A stretch of DNA of 64,000 bases from the IMG/VR virus record IMGVR_UViG_3300009788_000087. One strand, written 5' to 3'. The notes under the pieces are model-generated. The model did not search any database, was not told the origin of the DNA, and saw only the letters and a program-made list of their open reading frames with translations. Both the position numbers and the translations under genes were made by a program. This stretch comes from a virus. Positions 46,663 to 56,582 of this stretch are shown piece by piece (the stretch's first letter is position 1; every line of letters begins with the position of its first letter).

Positions 46663-48634
46663 CTATGTTTCCAAATCCCCTGAATCCGTTGCTGGATTCC
46701 ACCTTGTTCTGTGTACTAACTTCATGTGTTCCTGTCTTGGTGACACGACTTGTCTTGCCAGTATCGTCAGCAACGATGTCAAATGTACTTTCAGATCTCG
46801 ATGTCCTGAATTTTCCATCCGGGCCGACGCGTCCAATTGTGCCAAACTTTCCATTCTCTCCGCGACCGATGATTGTATCGTGAAGTACGTGGAATGAAAT
46901 TGAAACTCTAATAGACCTAGGCACTTTAGATCCTTTCTTAAGTTCCCAAATTGAATCCGTGTAGTCAAAGCTGAGCGAGTCAATCACACCTGGTAATCCA
47001 AGCTGTCCGCTCTTTATGACATCACCTACTCTCATCCTACACACTGGACCTGCTTTCAATAATCTCTCTGAATCATATTCTGGGTAGACCATCGATGCAA
47101 GCCAGTTTAGTTTCTGATACATTACTTTGACATCTTCGGGCGCGAATGCATGCAGTTCAAGCCCTAGAAAGATTGTTCTAAGCGTAGACATGTATGTTAC
47201 GACTTGGTCGTGTCTACCATAGAATGTTTTCTTATCCCATTCTGGAGCAAAATCTTCTGTTAATGATGTAATGATCGGCCTGAAATACACAGTCCTAAAC
47301 TTACCATCATTGTTTCCGAATGGTCTAACATCTGTAAATGATACTGGCACGTACACTTGATCGTCGTAAAATCCATCTACATCTTGCGGTACGCCATCAT
47401 GTGTAATCGATCCGTCGTCGTCTTCACCAGAGAAATTCATTGGAATGATTCCTTCTGGGAATGCTGCAGCTGCAAGCGTACTATCTCTTACATATTTAGC
47501 AGTACGAATATCAGATCTTGAAGCTTGCGTCGGAGCCCATCCTAGATCAACACGGTTCTTTTCAAACACAGAGCTAAGATTGAATCTCTTTCGATCGATA
47601 TTCGTCTGACCCGGGATTGGTTTATTGACAATTAGATCTGAATCTGTCTCATCAATTATCGCATCGACAATCTCACCAACAGTCCACCTAGCATTAATTT
47701 CATATGCTGCTGTAGCACCAGGAGATTCTGCGCTTGGTGGAGTGTAAAGGTTTCTAATCTTTAATGCTAGATCGACAATGGGAATAGGAGTAAGACCTGC
47801 AAGACCTGAATCTGTCGCCATGTCACGTGGCAGCAGCGATCCATCTTGACTTGCTGCACCAGCTGAACGTGGGCTATTCATGTTCTTCTCTGCAAATGTC
47901 CCCGCGAATCCTATTCCAACCTCAAAATTATTAAACGGAGGATTATAGTCATTTGTTACACGCAAGTTAAATCTATCATTACTCTTAAGATAGTTAGTTA
48001 ACTGTGTTCCTTCAGAGATGTTGTTTTCTCGAGTTAATATCCTCTGCTCATATAATCCAGGCTTATCGTTGACGCCCGCTAGTGGATTATTTGGATCATG
48101 TGCAACTGGTATGAAGTTATTAATAATCGGTGCACGGTTTACAAAATATAAAGGATCCCAAATCTGTTGACCGTCATTATTCAATGCGAAGAGTGTTGCT
48201 TGCTGTACACCGAACAACGCAAGACCTGACTTTCCGAGAGCGTTTCCTATGTTGATTAACGACTTCGTGTATATCCTAGGATCAAGACCCAATGTACCCT
48301 GTGCACCGAACGGACTATGCGGTGCTATAGCGTTCGGTGCGAACTTTCCACCGATGCCAAGAACTTCAAATGCAGCGTTGTCAATGTTATTTAATAGATC
48401 TCTTATACGCTCATCAGCCTGACGCACTTGTGGATGCCACTCGGCGCGCTGGTTTGGATTCGCAGTTAGTGGATCAATTAAGGAACTAGGGCGATCATCA
48501 CGCTGACTTCTTGCACCCACAAGATCTTCGAGCTTATTCGGAGTCGGTCCAAGCTCAGGAAAGGTAGCATCAGGATCTGGAATATGGAATCTTTTACCCC
48601 CGATTGATAGTTTATTTCTTGGATCGTCTGCCAT
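46649..48634 (-). CDS. baseplate / tube-initiator protein with C-terminal tube-like domain
   Basis: F...ITSLTEDFAPEW....YGR....Y..T.R...LG; P.CRMRVGD; PG.I.SL.F.Y...WE. Confidence 0.6.
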   Translation of the reverse strand: MADDPRNKLSIGGKRFHIPDPDATFPELGPTPNKLEDLVGARSQRDDRPSSLIDPLTANPNQRAEWHPQVRQADERIRDLLNNIDNAAFEVLGIGGKFAPNAIAPHSPFGAQGTLGLDPRIYTKSLINIGNALGKSGLALFGVQQATLFALNNDGQQIWDPLYFVNRAPIINNFIPVAHDPNNPLAGVNDKPGLYEQRILTRENNISEGTQLTNYLKSNDRFNLRVTNDYNPPFNNFEVGIGFAGTFAEKNMNSPRSAGAASQDGSLLPRDMATDSGLAGLTPIPIVDLALKIRNLYTPPSAESPGATAAYEINARWTVGEIVDAIIDETDSDLIVNKPIPGQTNIDRKRFNLSSVFEKNRVDLGWAPTQASRSDIRTAKYVRDSTLAAAAFPEGIIPMNFSGEDDDGSITHDGVPQDVDGFYDDQVYVPVSFTDVRPFGNNDGKFRTVYFRPIITSLTEDFAPEWDKKTFYGRHDQVVTYMSTLRTIFLGLELHAFAPEDVKVMYQKLNWLASMVYPEYDSERLLKAGPVCRMRVGDVIKSGQLGLPGVIDSLSFDYTDSIWELKKGSKVPRSIRVSISFHVLHDTIIGRGENGKFGTIGRVGPDGKFRTSRSESTFDIVADDTGKTSRVTKTGTHEVSTQNKVESSNGFRGFGNIDGKI

Positions 48635-51600
48635 TATGTACTTGAGTTCTCAAGGATGCTATTAAGAAGGTGTCTTCCTACAAGTCTTCCATCTAAATAT
48701 ACAGGCCCTGCTGTTACGGTCGCAACAGCTTTATTATCTCCTGAAGAACCACCTGATGCATAGTTTACCAATTTCTTAGCAGCACCACCGCCAAATCTCG
48801 TAGGTTGTCTGCCCTTGCCGCGTGCCATTGTAGAAAGTGGAATGATTGCTTCAGGGCCTCTTTCACCGATTAACGACATCGTTGGACGTGTTACGATACC
48901 ACCGTCAGCTTTCCTAACAGCGCCGCTAACTTGGCCAGTTTCGATCATTGCTTTTAACAAGCCGCCGCCAATCCCTTGTTTTTTTGCTCCACCCTTGCGG
49001 AGGAACTGCGTGAGAATATCTTTCTCAGTGCCTCCTGCAAATTTCTCTTGTTGACTAAACTCTATGAATTCAGTAGATCTTTTTATGAGTCCTGCACGCT
49101 CGATCGCAATGACTTGTTTTGTATGTCCAATCTTAAGTCGAATCTCTTCGTTCTGTGCTGTCTTTAATTTCTTTTCTGCAGATCGAGACTCAATCTTCGT
49201 ACGATTTCTTTGTTCTTTTAAATCACGATAAAGCTTAAGTTCCGCTTGTCTTTGTGGTTTAAGTGTCGTATTATTGTATCTTGCTGCATCTTCCTGAAAT
49301 TCAAGATCCTTAAGGTGTCTTTCCTGTTCAGAACCAAATCTCTTCTTTGCAAGTTCTTCGGCGCGCTTGGCCTCATCACTCTGTAGTTTAAATTCCTCTA
49401 CTTCAGCAGTTTTTAATCTACGTTTTGCACCGATCCCTTCGATCTCAATCTTCTGAAGAGCTGCAGCTGTCGCTTTCTCTGTTGCTTCCTTAAGCTCACT
49501 GAGTTTTTCCTCATATTTTATGGATGCATTATAAATCGCTTTAAGTTGTTTTCCTGAGAGTTTTGCTGGACCTTCCCCAGCGCCTAATTCGTCAAGTGCA
49601 CTCGTAACTTTCTTATTTGCAAGCCCGAAGTCACCAAGGACATTTATCTTATCTCTAAGTGATGCCGCTTCTTGTCCTGAGAGGATTACTCCTTTTTTCG
49701 TAGCCTTGTCAGATAAGTCTTTTAGCTTTGCGTTATCTTTGGCACGAAATATAGCTTCTCGTCTTTCAACTATCTGATACTTTGTTGCTTGTATAGACCT
49801 TCGGCGCTCTTCCATATTGAGATCTTTAAGAAGACCAACACGTTCCTTCTCAAGTTTTACCATTTGCGCTTTATGAATATCTTCTGCAGATGGTGTTGTA
49901 AAATAATCGACAATACCTTGCAGTTCCTTTCCGACAAGACCACCTATAGCTCCACCAAGTGCAGAACCAAGCGGACCAAAGACCATTCCCAAAGCGCCGC
50001 CAGCGGCTCCACCGATTGTACCGCCAGTTGTTCCGCCACCAGTTAATTGACCAACACCGGCGCCGATACCAGCTCCCATTAGACCCTTGCCAGCAACCGA
50101 TGCGGCACCACCAACCCTGTGTTTAAATCTTCCCCATTTAATATTCGAACTTGGAGCACCACTACCACCTAGCCCAAGCTTCTTGCCGCCCCAACTTCCA
50201 GCAACACTACCAGCGCCAAGACCACCAACCGTGCTAGCCATTCTACCAAGATTTAGAAGCATAGCTGTAACTTTACCGCCGATCCAAAATGCAATAAGAA
50301 CTTGTGACCATTTTACGAATGATCGAATGCCACTGATCATCTTATCAAAGAAACCGGTAATGTCAGCTGACTTCAGGTTTGCTACCCACTTTGCGGCACC
50401 TTTAATGCTCCTGCCTAAACCTTGCATCATCTTTTTCCATTCATCAGACTTTGCAAGTGAATTGAACATTTTGACGAGCGTTGCAGTGACTCCCTTCATG
50501 ATACCACTGAAACCAGACCATGCATCACTACCCTTCTCAACGAGACCGATTTCTTCAAAGAGTGGTCGCAGTGCGTTTGCAATCGCAGTCGTTACCTTAT
50601 CCATTGCAGAACCGAAGTCGAATAAGGTCTGCACAGTTGCTTGCATTTGTTCCTGCATCATCTTCTGTGCATCACGCTCACTAATCTCTACTTTGGCTGC
50701 TTTGGCTTTGAAGTCAGCATAGGAAATGCCAGCTTTTTTACGATCAAGCATGAATGCGATTTCCTGCTCGCCGATCTTTAATGTATCTGCAAGAGTTTTC
50801 CTCTCGAAACGTGATAGATTCTCGAATGTCTTGCCCTGCGCAAGCAATTCTTGTCTAACAGTCTCAAATCTCTCAGCTGGATCTTGCTTGAGTAGCATGT
50901 CCATTGAGCTGATAGTTGTGCCAAAGATTGTATTCAATCTTCCAGTTGCTTCAGTCGCACTATCAAATGTGTCCCATACATCCATGAAACGTACAGTGTC
51001 TTTAAGTCCAATATTGAATTGTTTAAGATATACTGTTGACTGAATTAAAGCTTTCTGACCTGAGCGACCAAACTCAGACATGAAATCGCCTGCCTCAGCG
51101 AGATCTTTCATTACTTCTTGTACGTTTACATCAACTCCTTCTAATCCGGATATACCAATCATTTGTGCAAGTTCTTTTGTGGCTTCACCTGCTGAAAACC
51201 CCAGTGTTCTGAGTGTCTTGGTTAAGTTACCAGAACCCTTGGCACCAAGATCAAATCCGCGAGCTAGCTGTAGACCAAGCTTATTGAATTCCTGTACGTG
51301 CTTGCCAGTTGTCTCAAGCGTGGCAGCATACTCCGTGAACATCGCACCACCGAGTTTGAAATCACCTGTCAACCCTCGCATGGTTCCTCGCCAAGCATTA
51401 GCTGTCTTGGTTAAGTTCTTGATATTGGGAGTCAATGCTCCCATCTTCATATTCAATAGGCCTGTGGCTTCAGCCCATCTCTCTTTTAACTCGTAGACCC
51501 TTTGTACGGCAGTAATGAGAAGACCCACTCCTAAGCCAATGATCGATGCATTGAGACTGATGAGACTCCTACCAAGTTTGTCGAATACATTGAGAAGTCC

Positions 51601-51852
51601 ACGAGATCCTTTCTCAAGTTTGGACATCGATTTTGCAGCGCTATCAGTGCCCTTACTGATCTTGTCCATCGAGTTACCGATGTCAGCACTAGTCTTGGCT
51701 GCAGTCTCACCAGCGTTGCCCAGTTCCTTAACGAAACCAAGCATCTTGCTGCTCATTCCATCAATACGATTGGCGATATCATTAATACGACCACCTAAAC
51801 CTCTAAGTTGAGATTCAGTTGCGCCGAATATTGGATCTTTAGTTCCTGCCAT
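48634..51852 (-). CDS. tail tape measure protein
   Basis: 1072 aa, helical with Gly/Ala-rich segment, C-terminal GGIVTRPT..LIGE.GPEAIIPL, follows the chaperone genes. Confidence 0.85.
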   Translation of the reverse strand: MAGTKDPIFGATESQLRGLGGRINDIANRIDGMSSKMLGFVKELGNAGETAAKTSADIGNSMDKISKGTDSAAKSMSKLEKGSRGLLNVFDKLGRSLISLNASIIGLGVGLLITAVQRVYELKERWAEATGLLNMKMGALTPNIKNLTKTANAWRGTMRGLTGDFKLGGAMFTEYAATLETTGKHVQEFNKLGLQLARGFDLGAKGSGNLTKTLRTLGFSAGEATKELAQMIGISGLEGVDVNVQEVMKDLAEAGDFMSEFGRSGQKALIQSTVYLKQFNIGLKDTVRFMDVWDTFDSATEATGRLNTIFGTTISSMDMLLKQDPAERFETVRQELLAQGKTFENLSRFERKTLADTLKIGEQEIAFMLDRKKAGISYADFKAKAAKVEISERDAQKMMQEQMQATVQTLFDFGSAMDKVTTAIANALRPLFEEIGLVEKGSDAWSGFSGIMKGVTATLVKMFNSLAKSDEWKKMMQGLGRSIKGAAKWVANLKSADITGFFDKMISGIRSFVKWSQVLIAFWIGGKVTAMLLNLGRMASTVGGLGAGSVAGSWGGKKLGLGGSGAPSSNIKWGRFKHRVGGAASVAGKGLMGAGIGAGVGQLTGGGTTGGTIGGAAGGALGMVFGPLGSALGGAIGGLVGKELQGIVDYFTTPSAEDIHKAQMVKLEKERVGLLKDLNMEERRRSIQATKYQIVERREAIFRAKDNAKLKDLSDKATKKGVILSGQEAASLRDKINVLGDFGLANKKVTSALDELGAGEGPAKLSGKQLKAIYNASIKYEEKLSELKEATEKATAAALQKIEIEGIGAKRRLKTAEVEEFKLQSDEAKRAEELAKKRFGSEQERHLKDLEFQEDAARYNNTTLKPQRQAELKLYRDLKEQRNRTKIESRSAEKKLKTAQNEEIRLKIGHTKQVIAIERAGLIKRSTEFIEFSQQEKFAGGTEKDILTQFLRKGGAKKQGIGGGLLKAMIETGQVSGAVRKADGGIVTRPTMSLIGERGPEAIIPLSTMARGKGRQPTRFGGGAAKKLVNYASGGSSGDNKAVATVTAGPVYLDGRLVGRHLLNSILENSST

Positions 51853-51854
51853 TT

Positions 51855-52070
51855 CTAATCGTATTTCCTACCGTGTGGGTCTACGTGTCCTTCACCACTA
51901 CCTTCCGCTGCTTGTTCTTTCTTGATTGCTTTATTGGTTCTATCTATCCACCATTTTCTAACTTCTACAGGTAAATCCCATGCTTCAGAAAATGTTAACT
52001 TGCAGTGTCTAACACAGGTGAATATTTCTTCATAGATATATTTTTTGTTACTTGAGCTCAGGCCAAAAGA
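51855..52070 (-). CDS. tail assembly chaperone C-terminal part, probably reached by frameshift
   Basis: YEEIF....H....FSEAWDLPV..R.WWI.R; no good in-frame ATG/RBS; overlaps the upstream gene in the +1 frame. Confidence 0.6.
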   Translation of the reverse strand, partial: SFGLSSSNKKYIYEEIFTCVRHCKLTFSEAWDLPVEVRKWWIDRTNKAIKKEQAAEGSGEGHVDPHGRKYD

Positions 52071-52917
52071 AATCCGCGCCAAAAGGCACGTCCACCTCCG
52101 ATTCTTCACCACACGCAGGACATGTAACATTTCCCTTTAATTCTACACCGGGAGAAATCTCATCGATATATTTTCTCAACCCAAGTGAATCCCTTGCAGG
52201 AATATTCCTGATCATCTTAGCTAACTTCTGCCTGTCGTTAACAGCTCCGATTGAAACGACTTGGTGCAATAAGCGCATCGTTACGTTGCTTTCCTGTGCA
52301 CCCACGCCACGAGCTTTTCTCGAACGATCCTGAAGAGTGTTCAGTTCACGCTCTTCGGCACCGGTCAGCAACTTGAATACGACTCGTTTCTTTAGTACCG
52401 GTAATTCAAAGTAGAAGAGATTTCGCCCTTCTTCAACCGGCTCTACCTTGAGCTCTTTCATTGGAATATGCCCAAGGCTGAATACGTGATCGAAGGACTC
52501 AGTACACTCTGGGCAATCGAGCTTACCATCATACTCAGCACCGTAGCCTGATACTCTGATCGCAATCAACACAGCGTTCCTGTCACCCACCAGCATCTGC
52601 TCTGGATCAATTGACTTATCAATGATGCAGCTTCTAAGAAGAGCAGACATCGCTTTCCCTTGTTTAAGCAGAGGCATTGATGTGAGGATATCTTCCTCCT
52701 TTGCCGTCATTGACTTGATGTCAATCTCTCCCCTGTTGTGGAGCGGCGACTCAACTGGGTAAATCTTACCTCTACTTGGAATAGAAACAGATGCTACTGG
52801 CACCTGAATATCATCTTCTCCGCCTGCTGCAGCCTGTTCCATCTGTGTCTGATGTAGCGCTCGCTGCTCATTTACAGTCGGCGCAGCATTCGACAAATCA
52901 ATCTTATCCGTAGACAT
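52048..52917 (-). CDS. tail/baseplate assembly chaperone (T4 gp26-like)
   Basis: V.IPS.G..Y, MTAKEEDIL, GDRNAVLIAIR..GYG..Y, CP.C, F.LP, C-terminal CP.CG...FFWP. Confidence 0.8.
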   Translation of the reverse strand: MSTDKIDLSNAAPTVNEQRALHQTQMEQAAAGGEDDIQVPVASVSIPSRGKIYPVESPLHNRGEIDIKSMTAKEEDILTSMPLLKQGKAMSALLRSCIIDKSIDPEQMLVGDRNAVLIAIRVSGYGAEYDGKLDCPECTESFDHVFSLGHIPMKELKVEPVEEGRNLFYFELPVLKKRVVFKLLTGAEERELNTLQDRSRKARGVGAQESNVTMRLLHQVVSIGAVNDRQKLAKMIRNIPARDSLGLRKYIDEISPGVELKGNVTCPACGEESEVDVPFGADFFWPELK

Positions 52918-52948
52918 TCAAGCTCCTTTATTCTTGATATTGCTCCAC

Positions 52949-52956
52949 ATAAGTAT
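52949..52956 (-). promoter_or_regulatory. candidate late-promoter core ATACTTAT
   Basis: TA(C/T/A)TTA core recurs in several intergenic gaps upstream of structural genes. Confidence 0.4.
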
Positions 52957-52972
52957 GTCTCGGAGCATCTTT

Positions 52973-53674
52973 TTAAGACGTGATCTCTGAGAGAGATAGA
53001 TGTCTTCCTAAGTTCTTTTCTTCCATATGCAGAACCTCGTGACATTCTTGACAAAGTGTGATACCAGAGACACTTTCTTTTAAATGATATGCGATGACAT
53101 CTTCAACAACTTCAGTCTCTTCATCCCATGACATCTTAGGCCAATGTTCTGACATGAATCTTTGGATGATCTCAGCCATTCGTTCCTCATAGTGATGAAC
53201 AATAAGATTTTCTGTCGACTTGCATTGTGCACATTGGAAATTTGCTTCTTTAAGAATCGGTCGTTTCCAGTGTTTATAAAGTTGATGTGAGCCACGAATT
53301 CTCTGTGTGACTGCAGAACTTCCACCTTTCCACATGGGATGATCGGGACCTGTGAGAGGTAAGTTTATAGTTCCTTCTTTCCATCTCTTTTTGAGAGAAT
53401 TAGATCTTCGTAATTTTCCTTCTTCTGACTTTGCTTCAGTTATCAACCCTTGGATATTTTTCTTCACGCGCTCATCTGATTCTATAGTCTTTCCCTTATT
53501 CCAAACTTCAGGCATAATACCGTCTTTATGTCTTTTTTTCATAGATACGCGACGTCTTTCTCTGATGTCGGCACGTTTTGAAACGTTATTAACCCGTGAA
53601 TGGTGACCACGAACCCACTTATTCTTTACCTCTGCGCCGCAACCACACATACAATACTTCTTCTCTTCAGACAT
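52973..53674 (-). mobile_element. freestanding HNH homing endonuclease (NUMOD-type N-terminus)
   Basis: YCMCGCG, VWNKGK, G.DHPMWKGG, CAQC.....VHH...GITLCQECH; AT-richer than flanks. Confidence 0.85.
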
Positions 53675-53676
53675 AG

Positions 53677-53708
53677 AAAACCCCCTAGCAGTTTTAGCTA
53701 ACTAGGGG
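53677..53708 (-). terminator. intrinsic terminator after the tail tube gene
   Basis: CCCCCTAG-N13-CTAGGGGG followed by TTTT on the minus strand. Confidence 0.75.
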
Positions 53709-53746
53709 GTCATCGTGTTTGATTATGCTTTAATATAAAGCGTTAT

Positions 53747-54235
53747 CTAAAATTGCTGGATCGCGTTGTCAAATCTTATGCTCAAACTAATCTCTACGTT
53801 ATCTGAGCTAGCGTAGTCTAGGTCACCCCAGTTGATGTCCATCGGCCATGCGCCCTTTAAGTCCCATAGCTCAACAACTGCACCTTGTGGGTCAAGAAGC
53901 TTCAGTGTGATATCTTTCTTATACACTGTAGCATATCCCATCCTGCCTGTTAAGTTCTCGTAGTTCAATCGCATCCAGTCCATGATCTTCTGTGATGCAG
54001 ACGGAGCGATAGGATCATGGAGCGTAACAGCAATCGGGTTCCATGCTTGCTTACCAGAGATCCATCTCTTTGCATTGATATAGTCAATGACTGTCTCTTC
54101 GAATGTTGCCTGTGGACGTGCAGCTGTCTTCATAACAAATGCATCAACACCGTCGATCTCGAGCAACCAACGAAATTTTCTTTTCGGTTCGTATGTGTTA
54201 GCCAGTAACTGCCCAACTTCAAGTACTTCTGCCAT
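53747..54235 (-). CDS. tail tube protein (T4 gp19-like)
   Basis: YEPKRKFRW, W.PI.VTL.DPI.PS.SQ..M.W, YKKD..L..LDP.G.VVE.W.L.GA.P....GDLDY. Confidence 0.92.
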   Translation of the reverse strand: MAEVLEVGQLLANTYEPKRKFRWLLEIDGVDAFVMKTAARPQATFEETVIDYINAKRWISGKQAWNPIAVTLHDPIAPSASQKIMDWMRLNYENLTGRMGYATVYKKDITLKLLDPQGAVVELWDLKGAWPMDINWGDLDYASSDNVEISLSIRFDNAIQQF

Positions 54236-54424
54236 TTTATTATTCTCCCGCGCGCTTCTGCTGCGCCCGCTACTACTAAATAATGAAATGTGTCTGTTTT
54301 CACATAGTTTCTTATAAATCTATGATAATGTCACGTACTTCGAGCGACTCTAGACTTAGCATGTTAAATACTCCACGACCCCCTAGACTGAAAACAACAG
54401 AGAGGAGCTGGTGGCCACTGGCGC

Positions 54425-55069
54425 CTATGAGAATTGCTTATAGCCTACAATTCTCATTGTAAATTCCGTGAGAGATGTAAGATCATCCTTTATGACTACT
54501 ACGGCTTTATCTTCTGTGCCTCTACCTAGACGAATACCATTGGGAACAATGGCTGCGACATCAAGAACCATCATCAATGCATTGTCTGTAGAAGTCCAGT
54601 TAGTAATCTGATTAACTGCACTCGCGGTGCCCCAAGCAGCAGCCATTGCCGTTGAAGCTAAGAACTGACCGTTTGTTTGAACATCTTGTACAACAAACGT
54701 TTCAACTCCAGATTCTTCAATCTTTATATCAACACCGTTTGTTAAACCGCTAATGATATTTCCAAACCTATTTGTTGGAACGGCTGAATCTGCGACTATT
54801 ATTATGATTTTTCCGATGTGAATATCTGCATCGGCATCTGCAGCAATAAAGAATTCTTGATTAGTCGTGGATCCATCAACATTCATATTTCCATTTACAC
54901 GACCTGTAATACCACTCGACCCTATATACCCGCCGAAAAACCTAAGACGATTCGAAGTTCCAATAGCAGGAAGCTCATCGGGTACATTAGTAACTCTAAG
55001 AGCTCTCTGCTTAGTAACAATAGCCGCTGTTTCATCGTCAGGGTTTATTATAATATTCTTTATTGGCAT
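54425..55069 (-). CDS. hypothetical virion-associated protein
   Basis: 214-aa beta-rich ORF between sheath and tube. Confidence 0.65.
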   Translation of the reverse strand: MPIKNIIINPDDETAAIVTKQRALRVTNVPDELPAIGTSNRLRFFGGYIGSSGITGRVNGNMNVDGSTTNQEFFIAADADADIHIGKIIIIVADSAVPTNRFGNIISGLTNGVDIKIEESGVETFVVQDVQTNGQFLASTAMAAAWGTASAVNQITNWTSTDNALMMVLDVAAIVPNGIRLGRGTEDKAVVVIKDDLTSLTEFTMRIVGYKQFS

Positions 55070-55642
55070 TTATTCTTCTAAGAGATCAAAGAATCTAACA
55101 AATGGCGTAACTCTGAGAAATGTATTTCCTGGCGGAGGAGTTATTTGCATTCCTAATGATGATCCAGGAGGAAGAGTAATAGGTACAGTTCCAGTGACAG
55201 TCCTACCAGTTGGCACATATCCAGAAAAGAATATCTGACCATTGTCGAATGTCGTTCCTTCGCCGCCGAGTTGCGCTGAAACAACCGGTGCTTTCAATGA
55301 ACCAAAATTCATGTTGGGTGTTTCAACAATTGAACCCGACGATATTGAACCAGGGTTTCTAAAAAATTCAACTAATACAGATCCAGTACCAGGACCAATC
55401 GGTGTGTCTATTACGACGCCTTGAACTTTAGCTAAGTAATTAACTGTGCTGTTATTCATAAGAAACAACACTGCGCTAGGATTAGCAGAAGTCAAAGTTA
55501 TAGAGCCTGAGTTGAAATTATAAAGAGTTAATGTTTCAGATGCGTGAGCTTCATCTGATTCAGTTATTGCTCTTGTCTTTAAACGATTATCAAAGCTTAC
55601 TTCTGCTCTTCTTCCTGTTGATGGTGATTGGATTAATGCCAT
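55070..55642 (-). CDS. hypothetical virion-associated protein
   Basis: 190-aa Gly/Ser/Thr-rich ORF coupled to the next gene. Confidence 0.65.
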   Translation of the reverse strand: MALIQSPSTGRRAEVSFDNRLKTRAITESDEAHASETLTLYNFNSGSITLTSANPSAVLFLMNNSTVNYLAKVQGVVIDTPIGPGTGSVLVEFFRNPGSISSGSIVETPNMNFGSLKAPVVSAQLGGEGTTFDNGQIFFSGYVPTGRTVTGTVPITLPPGSSLGMQITPPPGNTFLRVTPFVRFFDLLEE

Positions 55643-55684
55643 TTCTCTTATTCCCTAACGCGTTGGTGGATCCTTACAATCATA

Positions 55685-55969
55685 CTAAATATCAATGTCT
55701 TCTTTCTCTATATTCTGGTCGTTAATCAGTGAGAAATGCGCATTCATAATTTTTAATTCACACAGAATATCTTCCAAAAGTGAAACCTGTGTCGGTTGTA
55801 ATCTGAGATTCATCAACGCAGATCCACTGATCGCAGATCCTGGCCCAAGACTGCCACTTATTGAATTTAAAGAACCTGTAGCTTCTGCAAACGAACCAGT
55901 AAGTTCATCTAACCTATAAAGATTCTCATCTGGGAAATAATCACCAGCTGGTGGACAACCATGAGTCAT
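55685..55969 (-). CDS. small hypothetical protein
   Basis: 94-aa ORF, co-oriented. Confidence 0.55.
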   Translation of the reverse strand: MTHGCPPAGDYFPDENLYRLDELTGSFAEATGSLNSISGSLGPGSAISGSALMNLRLQPTQVSLLEDILCELKIMNAHFSLINDQNIEKEDIDI

Positions 55970-55992
55970 ACATTATACTTAGATTACACAGT

Positions 55993-56568
55993 CTATGATG
56001 GAACCGCGAAGCTAGCAGATGGTTTCCAATGAACTTGAACTGTCAAATCTGCAGATTCACCACCTGTGACTTCATCAAGCACTACGCCGAGGAGTTCACC
56101 TGCCGCCCAACTACTTGAACCTGGTGCGAATGTAGATGTCTCAGCAACAGCTCCATCACCGTCAGAAGCAGAGAGATTGCACTTGAATACCAAGTCAGAG
56201 AAAATCGACTCATTTGTACCTGGAAGTGCACCGGCCGCAATCTTCTGAATATCGACTGTAGTCGTTCCGCCGGATCCGCTCATTCTCTGGAATGCAGTGA
56301 TCTTCGTGATGATTCTGTTAGACTGTGCATTGTAGCGTAGTCCACCGTAATACTCACCACCAACATCCTGACCTTGCCCCAAGTGCTCGGCGATTGTGCC
56401 GGACACATGCATTACCTCATTAAATGAAGCTGTCAAGTGTCCGACAAGTGAATCTATCTGATCACGATTGTAATTTTCGATTCTATCATCTTCAAGACGA
56501 GAGGTATAATGTAGCGGACGTGTTGCTAGTTCTGACCCGGATAATCCGAGAACATGAGTTATTGACAT
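55993..56568 (-). CDS. hypothetical virion-associated protein
   Basis: 191-aa ORF directly after the sheath gene. Confidence 0.65.
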   Translation of the reverse strand: MSITHVLGLSGSELATRPLHYTSRLEDDRIENYNRDQIDSLVGHLTASFNEVMHVSGTIAEHLGQGQDVGGEYYGGLRYNAQSNRIITKITAFQRMSGSGGTTTVDIQKIAAGALPGTNESIFSDLVFKCNLSASDGDGAVAETSTFAPGSSSWAAGELLGVVLDEVTGGESADLTVQVHWKPSASFAVPS

Positions 56569-56582
56569 TCTCTATTGTCTCC

